64,000 nucleotides of DNA from NCBI RefSeq assembly GCF_009914755.1, contig NC_060927.1, one strand, 5' to 3'. The notes under the pieces are model-generated. The model was given only the letters and a program-made list of their open reading frames with translations. It made no database searches and was not told the DNA's origin. The position numbers and the translations under genes are program-made. How positions within the stretch are numbered: position 1 is the first letter of the stretch; the number at the start of each line of letters is the position of its first letter. This DNA comes from the human T2T-CHM13v2.0 reference genome, Homo sapiens. Below are positions 23,545 through 38,599 of this stretch, piece by piece.

Positions 23545-26500
23545 TGTTATGGACTGAATTGTACACCCCTAAAATTCCTATATTGAAGCCCTAACCCCTA
23601 ATACTTCAGAATGTAACTGCATTGTGATAGGGCTTTTAAAGAGGTAATTAAGTTAAAATTAGAACATTAGGGTAGGTTCTAATCCAGTCTGCCTGGTGTA
23701 CTCATAAGAAGAAGATATCAAAGGGGTTCACTTCCAAGATGGCCAAATAGGAACAGCTCCAGTCTGCAGCTCCCAGCAAGATCGACTCAGAAGATGGGTG
23801 ATTTCTGCATTTCCAACTGAGGTATCTGATTCATCTCATTGGGACTGGTTGGACAGTGGGTGCAGCCGATGGAGGGCAAGCCGAAGCAAGGCAGGGTGTT
23901 GCCTCACCTGGGAAGCGCAAGGGGTCAGGAGATTTTCCTTTCCTAGCCAAGGGAAACTGTGACAGACTGTACCTGGAAAAATGGTACACTTCTGCCCAAA
24001 TACTGCGCTTTTCAAAAGTCTTAGCAACTGGCAGACCAGGAGATTCCCTCCCATGCCTGGCTCAGCGGGTCCCACGCCCATGGAGCTTTGCTCACTGCTA
24101 GCACAGCAGTCTGAGATCAACCTGTGAGGCTGCAGCCCGGCGGGTGGAGGGGTGTCTGCCATTACTGAGGCTTGACTAAGTAAACAAAGCGGTTGGGAAG
24201 CTCTAACTGGGCAGAGCCCACCTCAGCTCAGCAAGGCCTACTGCCTCTATAGACTCCACCTCTGTGGGCAGGGCATAGCTGAACAAAAGGCAGCAGACAA
24301 CTTCTGCAGACTTAAACGTTCTTGTCTGACAGCTCTGAAGAGAGCAGTGGTTCTCCCAGCACAGCGTTCAAGCTCTGAAAACGGACAGACTGCCTCCTCA
24401 AGTGGGTCCCTGACCCCCATGTAGCCTGAGAGACACCTCCTAGTAGGGGCCAACAGACACCTCATACAGGCGGGTGCCCTTCTGGGATGAAGCTTCTAGA
24501 GGAAGCATCAGGCAGCAATATTTGCTGTTCTGCAATATTTGCCATTCTGCAGCCTCCATTGGTGATACCCAGGCAAACAGGGCCTGGAGTGGACCTCCAG
24601 CAAACTCCAACAGACCTGCAGCTGAGGGCCCTGACTGCTAGAAGGAAAACTAACAAACAGAAAGGAATAGCATCAACATCAACAAAAAGGACATCCACAC
24701 CAAAACACCATCTGTAGGTCACCAACATCAAAGACCAAAGGTAGATAAAACCACAAAGATGGGGAGAAACCAGAGCAGAAAAGCTGAAAATTCCAAAAAC
24801 CAGAGCACCTCTTCTCCTCCAAAGGATCACAGCTCCTCACCAGCAATGGAACAAAGCTGAATGGAGAATGATTTTGATGAGTTAGTTGACAGAAGTAGGC
24901 TTCAGAAGGTTGGTAATAACAAACTTCTCCGAGCTAAAGGAGCATGTTCTAACCCATTGCAAAGAAGCTAAAAACCTTGAAAAAAAGGTTAGATGAATGG
25001 CTAACTAGAATGAACAGTGTAGAGAAGATCTTAAATGACCTCCTGGAGCTGAAAACCACAGGACGAGAACTTCGTGACGCATGCACAAGCTTCAATAGCT
25101 GATTCAATCAAGTGGAAGAAAGGATATCAGTGATTGAAGATCAAATTAATGAAATAAAGCAAGAAGACAAGATTAGAGAAAAAAGAGTAAAAAGAAATGA
25201 ACAAAGTCTCCAAGAAATATGGGACTATGTGAAAAGACCAAATCTACATTTGATTGGTGTACCTGAAAGTGATGGGGAAAATGGAACCAAGTTAGAAAAC
25301 ACTCTTCAGGATATCATCCAGGAGAACTTCCCCAACCTAGCAAGGCAGGCCAACATTCAAGTTCAGGAAATACAGAGAACACCACAAAGATTCTCCTTGA
25401 AAAGAGCAACCCCAAGACACATAATTGTCAGATTCACCAAGGTTGCAATGAAGGAAAAAATTGTAAGAGCAGCCAGAGAGAAAGGTCGGGTTACCCACAA
25501 AGGGAAGACCGTCAGACTAACAGCAGATCTCTCGGCAGAAACCCTACAAGGCAGAAGAGAGTGTGGGCCAATATTCAATATTCTTAAAGAAAAGAATTTT
25601 CAACACAGAATTTCATATCCAGTCAAACTAAGCTTCATCAGTGAAGGAGAAATAAAATACTTTACAGACAAGCAAATGCTGAGAGATTTTGTCACCACCA
25701 GGCCTGCCTTACAAGAGCTCCTGAAGGAAGCACTAAACATGGAAAGGAACAACCGGTACCAGCCACTGCAAAAACATTCCAAATTGTAAAGAACATCAAG
25801 GCTAGGAAGAAACTGCATCAATTAACAGGCAAAATAACCAGCTAACATCCTAATGACAGGATCAAATTCACACATAACAATATTAACCTTAAAAGTAAAT
25901 GGGCTAAATGCTCCAATTAAAAGATACAAACTGGCAAATTGGATAAAAAGTCATGACCCATCAGTGTGCTGTATCCAGGAGACCCATCTCACTTACAGAG
26001 ATACACATAGGCTCAAAATAAAGGGATGGAGGAAGATCTACCAAGCAAATGGAAAGCAAAAAAAGCAGAGGTTGCAATCCTAGTCTCTGATAAAACAGAC
26101 TTTAACCCAACAAAGATCAAAAGAGACAAAGGCCATTACATAATGGTAAAGGGATCAATTCAACAAGAAGAGCTAACTATCCTAAATATATATGCACTCA
26201 ATACAGGAGCACCCAGATTCATAAAGCAAATCCTTAGAAACCTACAAAGAGACTTAGACTCCCAAACAATAATAATGGGAGACTTTAATACCCCACTGTC
26301 ATTATTAGATCAACGAGACAGAAGGTTAACAACGATATCCAGGATTTCAACTCAGCTCTGCACCAAGCAGATCTAATAGACATCTATAGAACTCTCCATC
26401 TCAAATCAACAGAATATACATTCTTCTCAGGACCACATCATATTTATTCTAAAACTGACCACATAATTGGAAGTAAAACACTCCTCAGCAAATGTAAAAG

Positions 26501-29500
26501 AATAGAAATCACAACAGTCTCTCAGACCACAGTGCAATCAAACTAGAACTCAGGTTAATAAACTCACTCAAAACTGCACAACTATGTGGAAACTGAACAA
26601 CCTGCTCCTGAATGACTACTGGGTAAATAACAAAATGAAGGCAGAAATAAAGATGTTCTTTGAAACCAATGAGAACAAGGACACAACGTACCAGAATCTC
26701 TGGGACACATTTAAAGCAGTGTGTAGAGGGAAATTTATAGCACTAAATGCCCGCAAGAGAAAGCAGGAAAGACTTAAAATCAACACCCTAATATTGCAAT
26801 TAAAAGAACTAGAGAAGCAAGAGCAAACAAATTCAAAAGCTAGCAGAAGGCAAGAAATAACTAAGATCAGAGCAGAACTGAAGGAGATAGAGACAAAAAA
26901 ACCCTTCAAAAAAATCAATGAATCCAGGAGCTGGTTTTCTGAAACAATCAAGAGAATTGATAGAGAGAGCACTGGCAAGACTAATAAAGAAGAAAAGAGA
27001 GGAATCAAATAGATGCAATAAAAAATGATATAGGGGATATCACCACTGATCCCACAGAAATACAAACTACCATCAGAGAATACTATAAACACCTCTATGC
27101 AAATAAACTAGAAAATCTAGAATAAGTGGATAAATTTCTGGACACATACACCCTCCCAAGACTAAACCAGGAAGAAGTTGAATCTCTGAATAGACCAATA
27201 ACAGGTTCTGAAATTGAGGCAATAATTAATACCCTACCAACCAAAAAAAGTCCAGAACCAGACAGATTCAAAGCCGAATTCTACCAGAGGTACAAAGAGG
27301 AGCCAGTACCACTCCTTCTGAAACTATTCCAATCAATAGAAAAAGAGGAAATCCTCCCTAACTCATTTTATGAGGGCAGCATCATCCTGAAACCAAAGCA
27401 TGGCAGAGACACAACAAAAAAAGAGAATTTTAGACCAATATCCCTGATGAACATAGACGCAAAAATCTTCAATAAAATACTGGCAAACCAAATCCAGCAG
27501 CACATCAAAAAGCTTATCCACCACAATCCAGTGGGCTTCACCCCTGGGATGCAAGGCTGGTTCAACATACACAAATCAATAAACGTAATCCATCACATAA
27601 ACAGAACCAACGACAAAAATCACATGATTATCTCAATAGATGCAGAAAAGGCCTTCAACAAAATTCAACAGCCCTTCATGCTAAAAACTCTCAATAAACT
27701 AGGTATTGAAGGAATGTACCTCAAAATGATAAGAGCTATTTATGACAAACTCACAGCCAATATCATACAGAATGGGCAAAGTGGAAGCATTTCCTTTTGA
27801 AAACTGGCACAAGACAAGGATGTGCTCTCTCACCATGCCTATTCAACATAGTGTTGGAAGTCCTGGCCAGGGCAAACAGGCAAGAGAAAGAAATAAAGGA
27901 TATTCAATTAGGAAAAGAGGAAGTCAAATTGTCCCTGTTTGCAGATGACATGACTGTATATTTAGAAAACCCCATTGTCTCAGCCCCAAATCTCCTTAAG
28001 CTGATAAGCAACTTCGGCAAAGTCTCAGGATACAAAATCAATGTACAAAAATCACAAGCATTCTTATACACCAATAACAGACAAAAGAGAGCCAAATCAT
28101 GAGTGAACTCCCATTCACAATTGGTACTAAGAGAATAAAATACCTAGGAATCCAACTTACAAGGGATGTGAAGGACCTCTTCAAGGAGAACTACAAACCA
28201 CTGCTCAATGAAATAAAAGAGGACACAAACAAATGGAAGAACATTCCATGTTCATGGATAGGAAGAATCAATATCATGAACATGGCCATATTGTCCAAGG
28301 TAATTCATAGATTCAATGCCATCCCCATCAAGCTACCAATGACTTTCTTCACAGAATTGGAAAAAACTACTTTAAACTTCATATGGAGCCAAAAAAGAGC
28401 CTGCATAGCCAAGACAATCCTGAGCAAAAGAACAAAGCTGGAGGCATCACATTACCTGACTTCAAACTATACTACAAGGCTATAGTAACCAAAACAGCAT
28501 GGTACTGGTACCAAAACAGATATACAGACCAATGGAACAGAACAGAAGCCTCAGAAATACCACCACACATCTACAAACATCTGATCTTTGACAAACCTGA
28601 CAAAAACAAGAAATGGGGAAAGGATTCCCTATTTAATAAATGGTTCTGGGAAAACTGGCTAGCCATATGTAGAAAGCTGAAACTGGATCCCTTCCTTACA
28701 CCATATACAAAAAGTAACTCAAGATAGATTAAAGACTTAAATGTAAGACCTAAAGCCATAAAAACTCTAGAAGAAAACCTAGGCAATACCATTCAGGACA
28801 TAGGCATGGGCAAAGACTTCACGTCTAAAACACCAAAAGCAATGGCAAAAGCAAAAATAGACAAATGGGATCTAATTAAACTAAAGTGCTTCTGCACAGC
28901 AAAAGAAACTATCATCAGAGTGAACAGGCAACCTACAGAATGGGAGAAAATTTTTGCAATCTACCCATCTGACAAAGGGCTAATATCCAGAATCTACAAA
29001 GAACTTAAACAAATTTACAGGAAAAAAAACAAATAATCCCATCAAAAAGTGGGCAAAGGATATGAACAGACACTTCTCAATAGAAGACATTTACGCAGCC
29101 AACAGACACAATGAAAAAATGCTCATCACCACTGATCATCAGAGAAATACAAATCAAAACCACAGTGAGATACCATCTCATACCAGTTAGAATGGCACTC
29201 ATTAAAAAGTCAGGAAACAACAGATGCTGGAGAGGATGTGGAGAAATAGGAATGCTTTTACACTGCTGGTGGGAATGTAAATTAGTTCAACCATTGTGGA
29301 AGACAGTGTGGCGATTCCTCAAGGATCTACAACTAGAAATACCATTTGACCCAGCCATCCCATTACTGGGTATATACCCAAAGGATTATAAATCATGCTA
29401 CTATAAGGACACATGCATACGTATGTTTATTGCAGCACCATTCACAATAGCAAAGACTTGGAACCAACCCAAATGTCCATCAATGATAGACTGGATTAAG

Positions 29501-30116
29501 AAAATGTGGCACATATACACCATGGAATACTATGCAGCCATAAAAAAAGGATGAGTTCATGTCCTTTGCAGGGACATGGATGAAGCTGGAAACCATCATT
29601 CTCAGCAAACTATCACAAGGACAGAAAACAAAGCACCACATATTCTCACTCATAGGTGGGAATTGAACAATGAAAACACATGGACACAGGGTAGGGAACA
29701 TCACACACCAGGGCCTGTTGGGGAGTGGGGGGCAGAGGGAGGGATAGCATTAGGAGAAATACCTAATTTAAATGATGAGTTGATAGGTGCAGCAAGCCAA
29801 CATGGCATATGTATACCTACGTAACAAATGTGCACGTTGTGCACATGTACCCTAGAACTTAAAGTATAATAATAAAAAAAAAGAAGAAGAGGACATTAGG
29901 ATACAGACAGAAGCATAAGGGATGACATGCACCCAGAGAAAAGATCATGCAAGAAGGCAAATATCTATAAGTTAAGGAGACAGGCCTCAGGAGAAACCAA
30001 CCTGCTGACACCTTGATCTTGGAACTCCAGCCTCCAGAACTGTGAGAAAAAAAATTCTGCTGTATAAGCCACCTAGTCTGTGGTGTTTTATTGTGGCAGC
30101 CCTAGCAAACTAATAC
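23545..30116 (+). mobile_element. MLT1A-type MaLR LTR split by the L1PA6 (halves 23545-23720 and ~29885-30116)
   Basis: TGTTATGGACTGAATTG start; CCCTAGCAAACTAATACA end; sequence is continuous across the L1. Confidence 0.85.
23721..29883 (+). mobile_element. Full-length LINE-1 (L1PA6-like), inactivated, antisense to CFAP44
   Basis: 5' UTR CAAGATGGCCAAATAGGAACAGCTCC; ORF1 24759-25789 and ORF2 25853-~29666 broken into the listed ORF fragments (EN, RT LFADD, Cys-rich); 3' UTR and poly(A); degenerate TSD AAGAAGA(A/G)GA(T/C)AT. Confidence 0.96.
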
Positions 30117-30551
30117 AAAAGAATAGAGAAAAAAGGCCAATTTGAAATTTGAAGCTATTATATTGGGTCGTCAGAAGAATAACTGGCATATTTGCCTAGT
30201 TCTCAATTATTAAAGGGCTAATGATTCATTTGTGATTTCTCCAGAATAACTGTAACCCTGAACCTTCATTTCTGACTATGTAAGTAGCATCCTCCTAGGT
30301 AGCAGAATGTAAATCCATACAATTCAATTGTGCGATAAACAAAAATACTGACAGAATATTTGGTGGGGGTATTTAAATATAATTTCAGTATTAGCTTTGA
30401 TTTTATTTATTCATTTGATTTATTTAACCAAATATTTTTTGAGTACCCCTTCATTTGGATGGATCTTTAAAAATTGACAATATCCATGATGGACAAAAGC
30501 ATAGACACTAACAGGATATGGTTTTTTTAAAGCTTTTGAAATACTGCTCAC

Positions 30552-30697
30552 TTGAAAGTGATAGTTTGGATGGGATTGTCCTCTGTATCCGCAAGATAAC
30601 GGACATCAATAGGTTCATCTTTTTGTTCTTTGAAATCACTGCTTTCATCACAAGGGGGGAACTCACAGTGATATAGAAAACCAGAATCATAGCCACC
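30552..30697 (-). CDS. CFAP44: CFAP44 coding exon (~exon 18), [48 protein letters not shown](N)
   Basis: 146 bp; acceptor TTTCTAG, donor GTGAGC; 146+271 bp = 139 codons. Confidence 0.94.
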
Positions 30698-31499
30698 CTA
30701 GAAAAGAGATAAGTAACATAGAAGGTGGTACTTGAATATAACACACATAAATGCATGAGAATTTTTTGATTATTTCAAATTTGAAAACATAAAATAGATG
30801 TTTTCAAACATCTACTTCTACATAATTTCTATGATTATAGATTTATTATTTCTATAAAGCATCTCCTTTATCCATTTATACACAACTATATAATTATAAT
30901 AAAAACCTCATGATGATTTGTTTTCATTTAAAAGCCAATACAAGAGAGATATCACCTCTGACTCCCTACCTATAGAATTTCATTTTATTTCTTCAAGCAT
31001 TATTCTGAATAAGCAGGAACAAATATTAGGGTTTTGCAGTTCCTCGTTTTTACAGCTAGTTTGCAGTTTAAGGTAACTGTAAACACTGTTAATTTTCCAG
31101 AAAGGGCTATTTCAGAAAAATTTATCCATGTAGTGAGAAGATGAATGATCAACTGGAAGAGCTATATTGCTCCAACTCTAATTTCCTTATTACTGAGATT
31201 CCTTATTATAGGAAACAAATTAAGGGTCAGAACAACTTTATGAACAATAAAAGAATAAATAAGAAAGAGAAGGTAACATCATGATCACCTCTGAAAATCA
31301 AATTACTAAGTTTTCACTTTTGACAACGGCAGACTAGATTGTTTCAGCCAAACTCTCCCACTGAGAACAACCAGAACAAATTTTGTAAATGTGTTTGAAG
31401 GCATTGGCAAGCTACCAAAATAGCAAGATCCAAAAAAGAGGGAAAGCCAAAAGTGAGCCTGGCATTTGGCACTGCTTTACTCCCTGGAGCAACTGTCAA

Positions 31500-31505
31500 T
31501 TTCTT

Positions 31506-31536
<31 letters not shown>

Positions 31537-31593
31537 TTATTATACTTTAAGTTCCAGGGTACATGTGCACACGTGCAGGTTTGTTACATATAT
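31500..31593 (-). mobile_element. Very short L1PA 3' fragment with a (TTTA)n tail
   Basis: TATACTTTAAGTTCCAGGGTACATGTGCAC. Confidence 0.85.
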
Positions 31594-31679
31594 GTGGCAG
31601 CTGAGAGGCTAAGAAGCTGGACAAAGCTATCTGCAGTCTCATAGACTTATGGAGAAAGAAATAATCATTTCCAGGGTTC

Positions 31680-32520
<841 letters not shown>

Positions 32521-32740
32521 CAAACTTTAAAATAAAAGTTACGAAGCTGGAACAGAGATCAGAAAAAATAGGCTAAAGCATGGAGAAAGACAAAAAGGAT
32601 GGAAAATCTTCTTGAATGATGTAAGATACATACGGAACATGAGAAGGATGTAATACACATAAAGTTGGGGTCCCAGAACAAGAGAGTGAAAAGATAGGCC
32701 AGAAGCAACACTGTGGTAGATAATGGCTGAGAATTTTCTA

Positions 32741-32995
<255 letters not shown>

Positions 32996-33329
32996 TCACC
33001 TCTAAAAGAATAGTAAAAGAATGTATAACTAATAATCTAGTAGAGGAAGAAAACTGTGGAAAAAATTACCTAATCACTCAATAGAAGGTAAAAAAAAGGG
33101 AAAGAAAATAAATTTAGAATGAGTGTGACAAATAGAAATAATTAGTAAGATAGTAGATTTAAACTAAAATATATTAGTAATTACATTAAATATAAATGAA
33201 CATAGTACTTTTTTAAAAGACAAATATAATCCTATAGGATTCTTTTAAGCCTAACCATATACTGTTTACAAGAGACCTACTTTCGATATAAGGGTATCAA
33301 ATAGTAAAGGAAAGAGAAGAATCCTTAAT

Positions 33330-34440
33330 AACGTCGAGGTTTTGGCATAGTAACTAAGTGGATGATTGTCTCATTTACTGAGATGGAGATGGAGCAGGTT
33401 TGTATGGGACATGTATGGTTTAAAAGTAATGTCTTGGACAGGTTAATTTTGAGGTGCCAAGGAGCATTGTCAAGTTGGATATACAAGTCTAAGTGGAGGG
33501 GAGAGGTCAGGACTAGAAATAAATATTTGAGATTCACTGGAAGATAAGTGATATTTAAAGCCATGAGACTGTGTAGTTACCTTAGCAAGAAAGAGGGGGC
33601 CCAAGGCCGCACTCTGGAGTATTTCAAACTTCAAAGCTTGTTCTGCACATGAGAAGCCAGCAAAAGAGGCTGAAATGGAATGGTCAGAAGAGTGTAATGT
33701 CTTAGAAGCCAAGAGAAGAAAGCATTTGAGAAGTATGAGGGGTCAACTCTGTTAAATGTTCCGAAAAGTCAAATGGACAGAGAATTGACCTCTGAGCTTA
33801 TCATCATTAGTGAAGTGATGGAGATATCCCAACTGGAATGGGTTGAAGATCAAATAGGAGGTGAATAAGTTAAGCCAATGATTACAGATGATTCTTTCAA
33901 TAACTTTTTATGTAACAGAGCAAGGGGGGGAAAGGAAAGAGAGGTTCAGGAAATAAAATTAAGATTAGTACTAGAGCATGTTTGTATGCTCATGATAATA
34001 ACTGAATAGAAAAGACAGAAACTGATGATACAGGAGACCAAGTGGTTTATCTCAGGAGCAAAGTTTTTGAGAAAATGAGAAGGGATGGGATCAAGGAGCC
34101 ATTGGGAACAGTGTCCTTGGAGAGTTGCAGGAGACTGTTCTCCAATTATAACAATAGGCAAAGCAGACAAAAGGAATATAGATCCCTATAGGGTGTTACA
34201 TCTAATTGAGACAAGAAAAGGAAATTCCATCTGCTTTTATTTTTTTCTGTGAAATGTGAGATGAGGTTATCATTGAAGAGTAAGAGAAGGTACAAAATGC
34301 TTGAGGGGAGAAGAAAGACTTAATGTAATAATTTGGAAAGTGAATATGGCTGGGCAGTAGAATTGGCCTGCAGTGTGAGTATTGATTTGAGAACTGCAGT
34401 CAGTACTTCAAAATGAAACTGGTTTTTCTTCACCATTTGT
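33330..34440 (-). mobile_element. LINE-2 fragment
   Basis: Typical antisense L2 phrases (CATTTACTGAGATGG, GAAGCCAAGAGAAGAAAGCATT). Confidence 0.7.
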
Positions 34441-34514
34441 TTGGCTGCAGGCACAGAGTTGTCATATTGTTGACTCAAGCTTTGCTACCTCTGTTAACTA
34501 TGTTTTAACCTTGT

Positions 34515-34730
34515 TCACCAGTGTAGCTTAATGGTTGAGGGCATGAACTCTGGAGCCAGATTGCTTGAGTCCAGATTCTAGTTTCACTTCTCATTAGTTA
34601 TATGGCCTCAGATAAAATGCCTAACATTTCCATGCCTTGGTTTCTTCATATATAAAATGCAAAAAAAACCAGCACTTATTTTATAGTTGGTTAAGTAAAT
34701 TACTTAGAAAAATACCTGATACAGAATAAG
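34515..34730 (+). mobile_element. MIR
   Basis: ACTCTGGAGCCAGATTGCTTGAGT...CCTTGGTTTCTTCATATATAAAATG core. Confidence 0.75.
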
Positions 34731-34760
34731 TAAGTTGTCACATTCAGCAAATGAAAATAA

Positions 34761-35092
<332 letters not shown>

Positions 35093-36448
35093 CAAAAATA
35101 ATTTTTAGTGTAAGTATGTACTATGTAATTTTACTTGGAAACCCTAAGAGTAAGCACTAAATATGCGTGGAGTTTTCTGTTTGTGTTTTGTTGTTGTTGT
35201 TTGAGATGGGATCTCACTATATTACACAGGCTGGTCTCGAACTCTTGGGCTCAAGCAATCTTCCCAATCTTCCCAATTATGTTTGTTAAATAATGAGTAA
35301 TTTTTGCATCTATATTTCCAGGACACTGGAAATTTATTGCATTGTATTACATTAATTGTTTCTGTACCTCTTTCCCTCAAATGAAGACTTCCTGAAGGGA
35401 GGAACCATGTTTTCTTTATCCCTTTATCCTTTGAACTCCATACAATAGTAGCCATTTACAATTGTTTTATAAAACACAGACGACAGGCAGAAAGGGTAGA
35501 GGAACTAATAAATGATGTCCTATGATGTCTCCAATGCTATTTTCCATCCTTCTTTCTGCTTGCCTCCTTAGTAATACAAAAGTTACATTTCTAGGAAAAG
35601 TTGAGGAGGGAAAAAGTCAACACTCATCACTCCTTACAGCAATAGTCCTTGGCTAGTCAGTGTCCTGGCCTGGCTAAAGACCTAGGACCAGGGATGAATT
35701 AGTAATGATCTTCCACACACACTTTTATGAAATTATTTTTGGTGGAGGGAACTGAAAATTGTGACAAAATTATAACGAAGGAAATCTTGCTTTGCAGTAG
35801 ATCAATAGAATATTTCAAGCAAATAGTAAAAAATGTATAATTGGAGGATATACTCCTACAGCCTTGTGATAGGCCCTGGTACTTTCTTCCTAATATCCAT
35901 TTTTCCCTTCTTCCTTATGAGCCAAGTTCTGATTTTGTTCAGGGTGGCAATTAGACCATCTAAAAACACTTATCTTCCTAGACTTGCATATGACCCCACA
36001 GCATAGTTGTAGATAATGAGAAGTAAGAAAAGTCTACTGGATAGTACTGCCATGAAAGCTATTCTTTTCAAAATTAAAAAACAACAGTCTTGGTTGGAAA
36101 AACCCCTAGCCTTTTGCCTTTCTACGCTTGATCCTTCTCCTCTTTGACCTGCCTGGAACATGTATGATTGACAAGCAGATAATAGATAATCTATAATCTA
36201 TAGATTTATCTGTACAATTATCTGCACAAGAAGACATATAAAAGAGATGTTAAGATTATTTAAAAACAACTATATCCCACATTCATTCATCAAAACTCAC
36301 GACTTCAATAGTATTTAATAAATGAAATCTAAAAAAAAATAAATAGATAAATGAAATCTTAACATAAGAGTAAGAAAGAATGAAGTTACAATAACTATAA
36401 ACTATATTGAAATATGATTGAGGTAAAAATTATTACATTGTTACTTAC

Positions 36449-36694
36449 CAAAGAAACCCAGAACTTCCCTGGCTCTGAGTAAAATCCACAGAGGATGGGA
36501 GAGGGGGTTGACGGAATAAATATTTCAGGTAATGGCTCTTCTTCCTCCTCCTCCTCCTCTTTCTCCTCTTCCTCCTCCTGAAATTCTTTTTCTCCATCTT
36601 CTCCCATCTCTGCTGCTAGCTTGTTCCTCCTTTCTTCCCTTATTTTCTCCTTCAACTCCCTTTGTCTCTCCCTCTTTTCAATTTCTATTAATCT
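36449..36694 (-). CDS. CFAP44: CFAP44 coding exon (~exon 17) with charged coiled coil and poly-Glu tract, [17 protein letters not shown]...[18 protein letters not shown]...FWVSL
   Basis: 246 bp, phase 0/0; acceptor AAAG, donor GTAAGT; overlaps ORF 36395..36655. Confidence 0.95.
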
Positions 36695-37169
36695 CTTTTA
36701 AAATAAACATTAAGTAGGTATAAAAACAATTATGACTCATTCGTTCATTTACACCATTAGGGATGACAATGAAAATAGAAAGAAGATACACAGCTCTGTA
36801 ACAAATAATATTTAAAAATACTCACCAATGCGAGAATATATTTTTATCATTAAAACTTTTAAATCATTAGAATGACTCATTTTTGTTTTACCCCCATCAA
36901 TCTTGGTTTTATAGAAATTATTTGGTCATTTTTTTCATAATAGAGAAGCTAAATATAACTTCTCTTAGAGCCTATCACTGTTAACCCAGGAATTAGGTAG
37001 ACTGAAATAGTCCACAAGGAAAGTTGCTTCCAACTTCAGTAATACTGTGAGTTTGGCCTTCATCATCTATCAATTGTCCTTTGCAAAAGCCCTCTGACAC
37101 TGGTATTTCCGCCTCCCATCTTTTACTACTTCATTCTGTTGCCCCTTCAGAATAATCTTCCTAACTTAT

Positions 37170-37313
37170 TTTTTTAAATTTTATTTATTATTATTATACT
37201 TTAAGTTTTAGGGTACATGTGCACAATGTGCAGGTTAGTTACATATGTATACATGTGCCATGCTGGTGCACTGCACCCACTAACTAGTCATCTAGCATTA
37301 GGTATATCTCCCA
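37170..37313 (-). mobile_element. Young 5'-truncated L1 (L1PA2/3-like) 3' end
   Basis: TTGGGAGATATACCTAATGCTAGATGAC...GTAACTAACC on the minus strand; TSD AACTTAT (37163-37169, 37314-37320). Confidence 0.9.
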
Positions 37314-37577
37314 AACTTATATGATATCATCACATCAATCCCCTCCTCACAAACTCACAATGGATCCCAGTGGTCTAAAATGAAATGTCTTGGCTGGCAT
37401 TTAAGGAGCTCCATGCATTGGTCACAGACTCTTGCAACATCCTTCAACAAATTGCCTCCCTATATTTTATTGATCTATTCCTCATTTCTTGAAAACACTC
37501 ACAACTCTGCATTCTCTTGGGATGTTCTTCCAGCCTTTATTGCCATCGCCCTATTTTCACCTCTCAAAATTCCCCCT

Positions 37578-37737
37578 ATTTTTTTTTTCTTGAGACAGGG
37601 TCTCACTCTGTCACCTGAGCTGGAGTGCATTGGTGCAATCACAGCTCACTGCAGCCATAAACTCCCGGGCTCAAGCGATCCTCCCACCTCAGCCTCCCAA
37701 AGTGCTGGGATGACAGGCATGAGCCAATGTGCCTGGC
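37578..37737 (-). mobile_element. FLAM or Alu monomer
   Basis: Single reverse Alu arm with poly(T). Confidence 0.8.
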
Positions 37738-38041
37738 CCCTCCCATTCTTTAGGTACTAAATGTCACTTCCATGCAGTCATCTTTGACCTCCTCCCATCC
37801 CTCTATCAGGATCTTCTCTCTTTTCCTCTGCAGACCCTTAAAATTTCCTTCTTTGCATTTTGATTTCAGTATCTATTTACTACTGCCTTCTAATAGCTGC
37901 TTTCCTACCAGATTATAAACTCCTTAAGTTCAGGGCCTATGTTTTATTCTTTTGTGTATTCCATCAGCACTTAACATAGGATGTTTTATATTCTAAGGAA
38001 AGGAAATTATTATAAGATAATGCTTCAGGAATATTCCATAC

Positions 38042-38203
38042 CAGAATCTTAGATTTGACACTTGAAAAATGGAAACATTTTATGCACATGTCTTTGATTT
38101 CATAGGAGACTACATCATGATCATCCTCTTCTTGCTTTATGGTTGGAAGTGGAGCTTCAAGAATATAGCCATTTTCACAGATAATTAGTAAAGTACTTTC
38201 AGG
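38042..38203 (-). CDS. CFAP44: CFAP44 coding exon (~exon 16), [54 protein letters not shown]
   Basis: 162 bp, phase 0/0; acceptor TTTTTAG, donor GTATGG. Confidence 0.94.
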
Positions 38204-38599
38204 CTAAAAAAGAAAAATTGAACATATTTACATTTAGGCAAATTTTTAAAAGCATAGTTTAAAGAGATTATAAATAAAAATATAATTACTATGTATATTA
38301 GCCATGTTTAAAACACACTTAATTCCTCACTGCAGTTATTGGTAAAAAGTCAAGTTTATTAATAATTATTATATTGTCATAGTACTAATTATTGTTATAT
38401 CATTATTAAGTGATTAAAAATTAATAATTATTAAAATTAGATTTACATTTGGTTCCTTTATAGATGCTATAACATATGTGATTCATATATGTTTTCTGAT
38501 TTTCTGATGAATATATGTGGTTGTGAAATCTGTTAGCCGAAAGGACCAGATATTAAAATTAGGACTGCCAAGGAAACTCTGCGTGTGTGGATGGCGTAG

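Noticed and set aside
24759-29666. Potentially active L1
   Set aside because: ORF1 and ORF2 carry multiple stops and frameshifts
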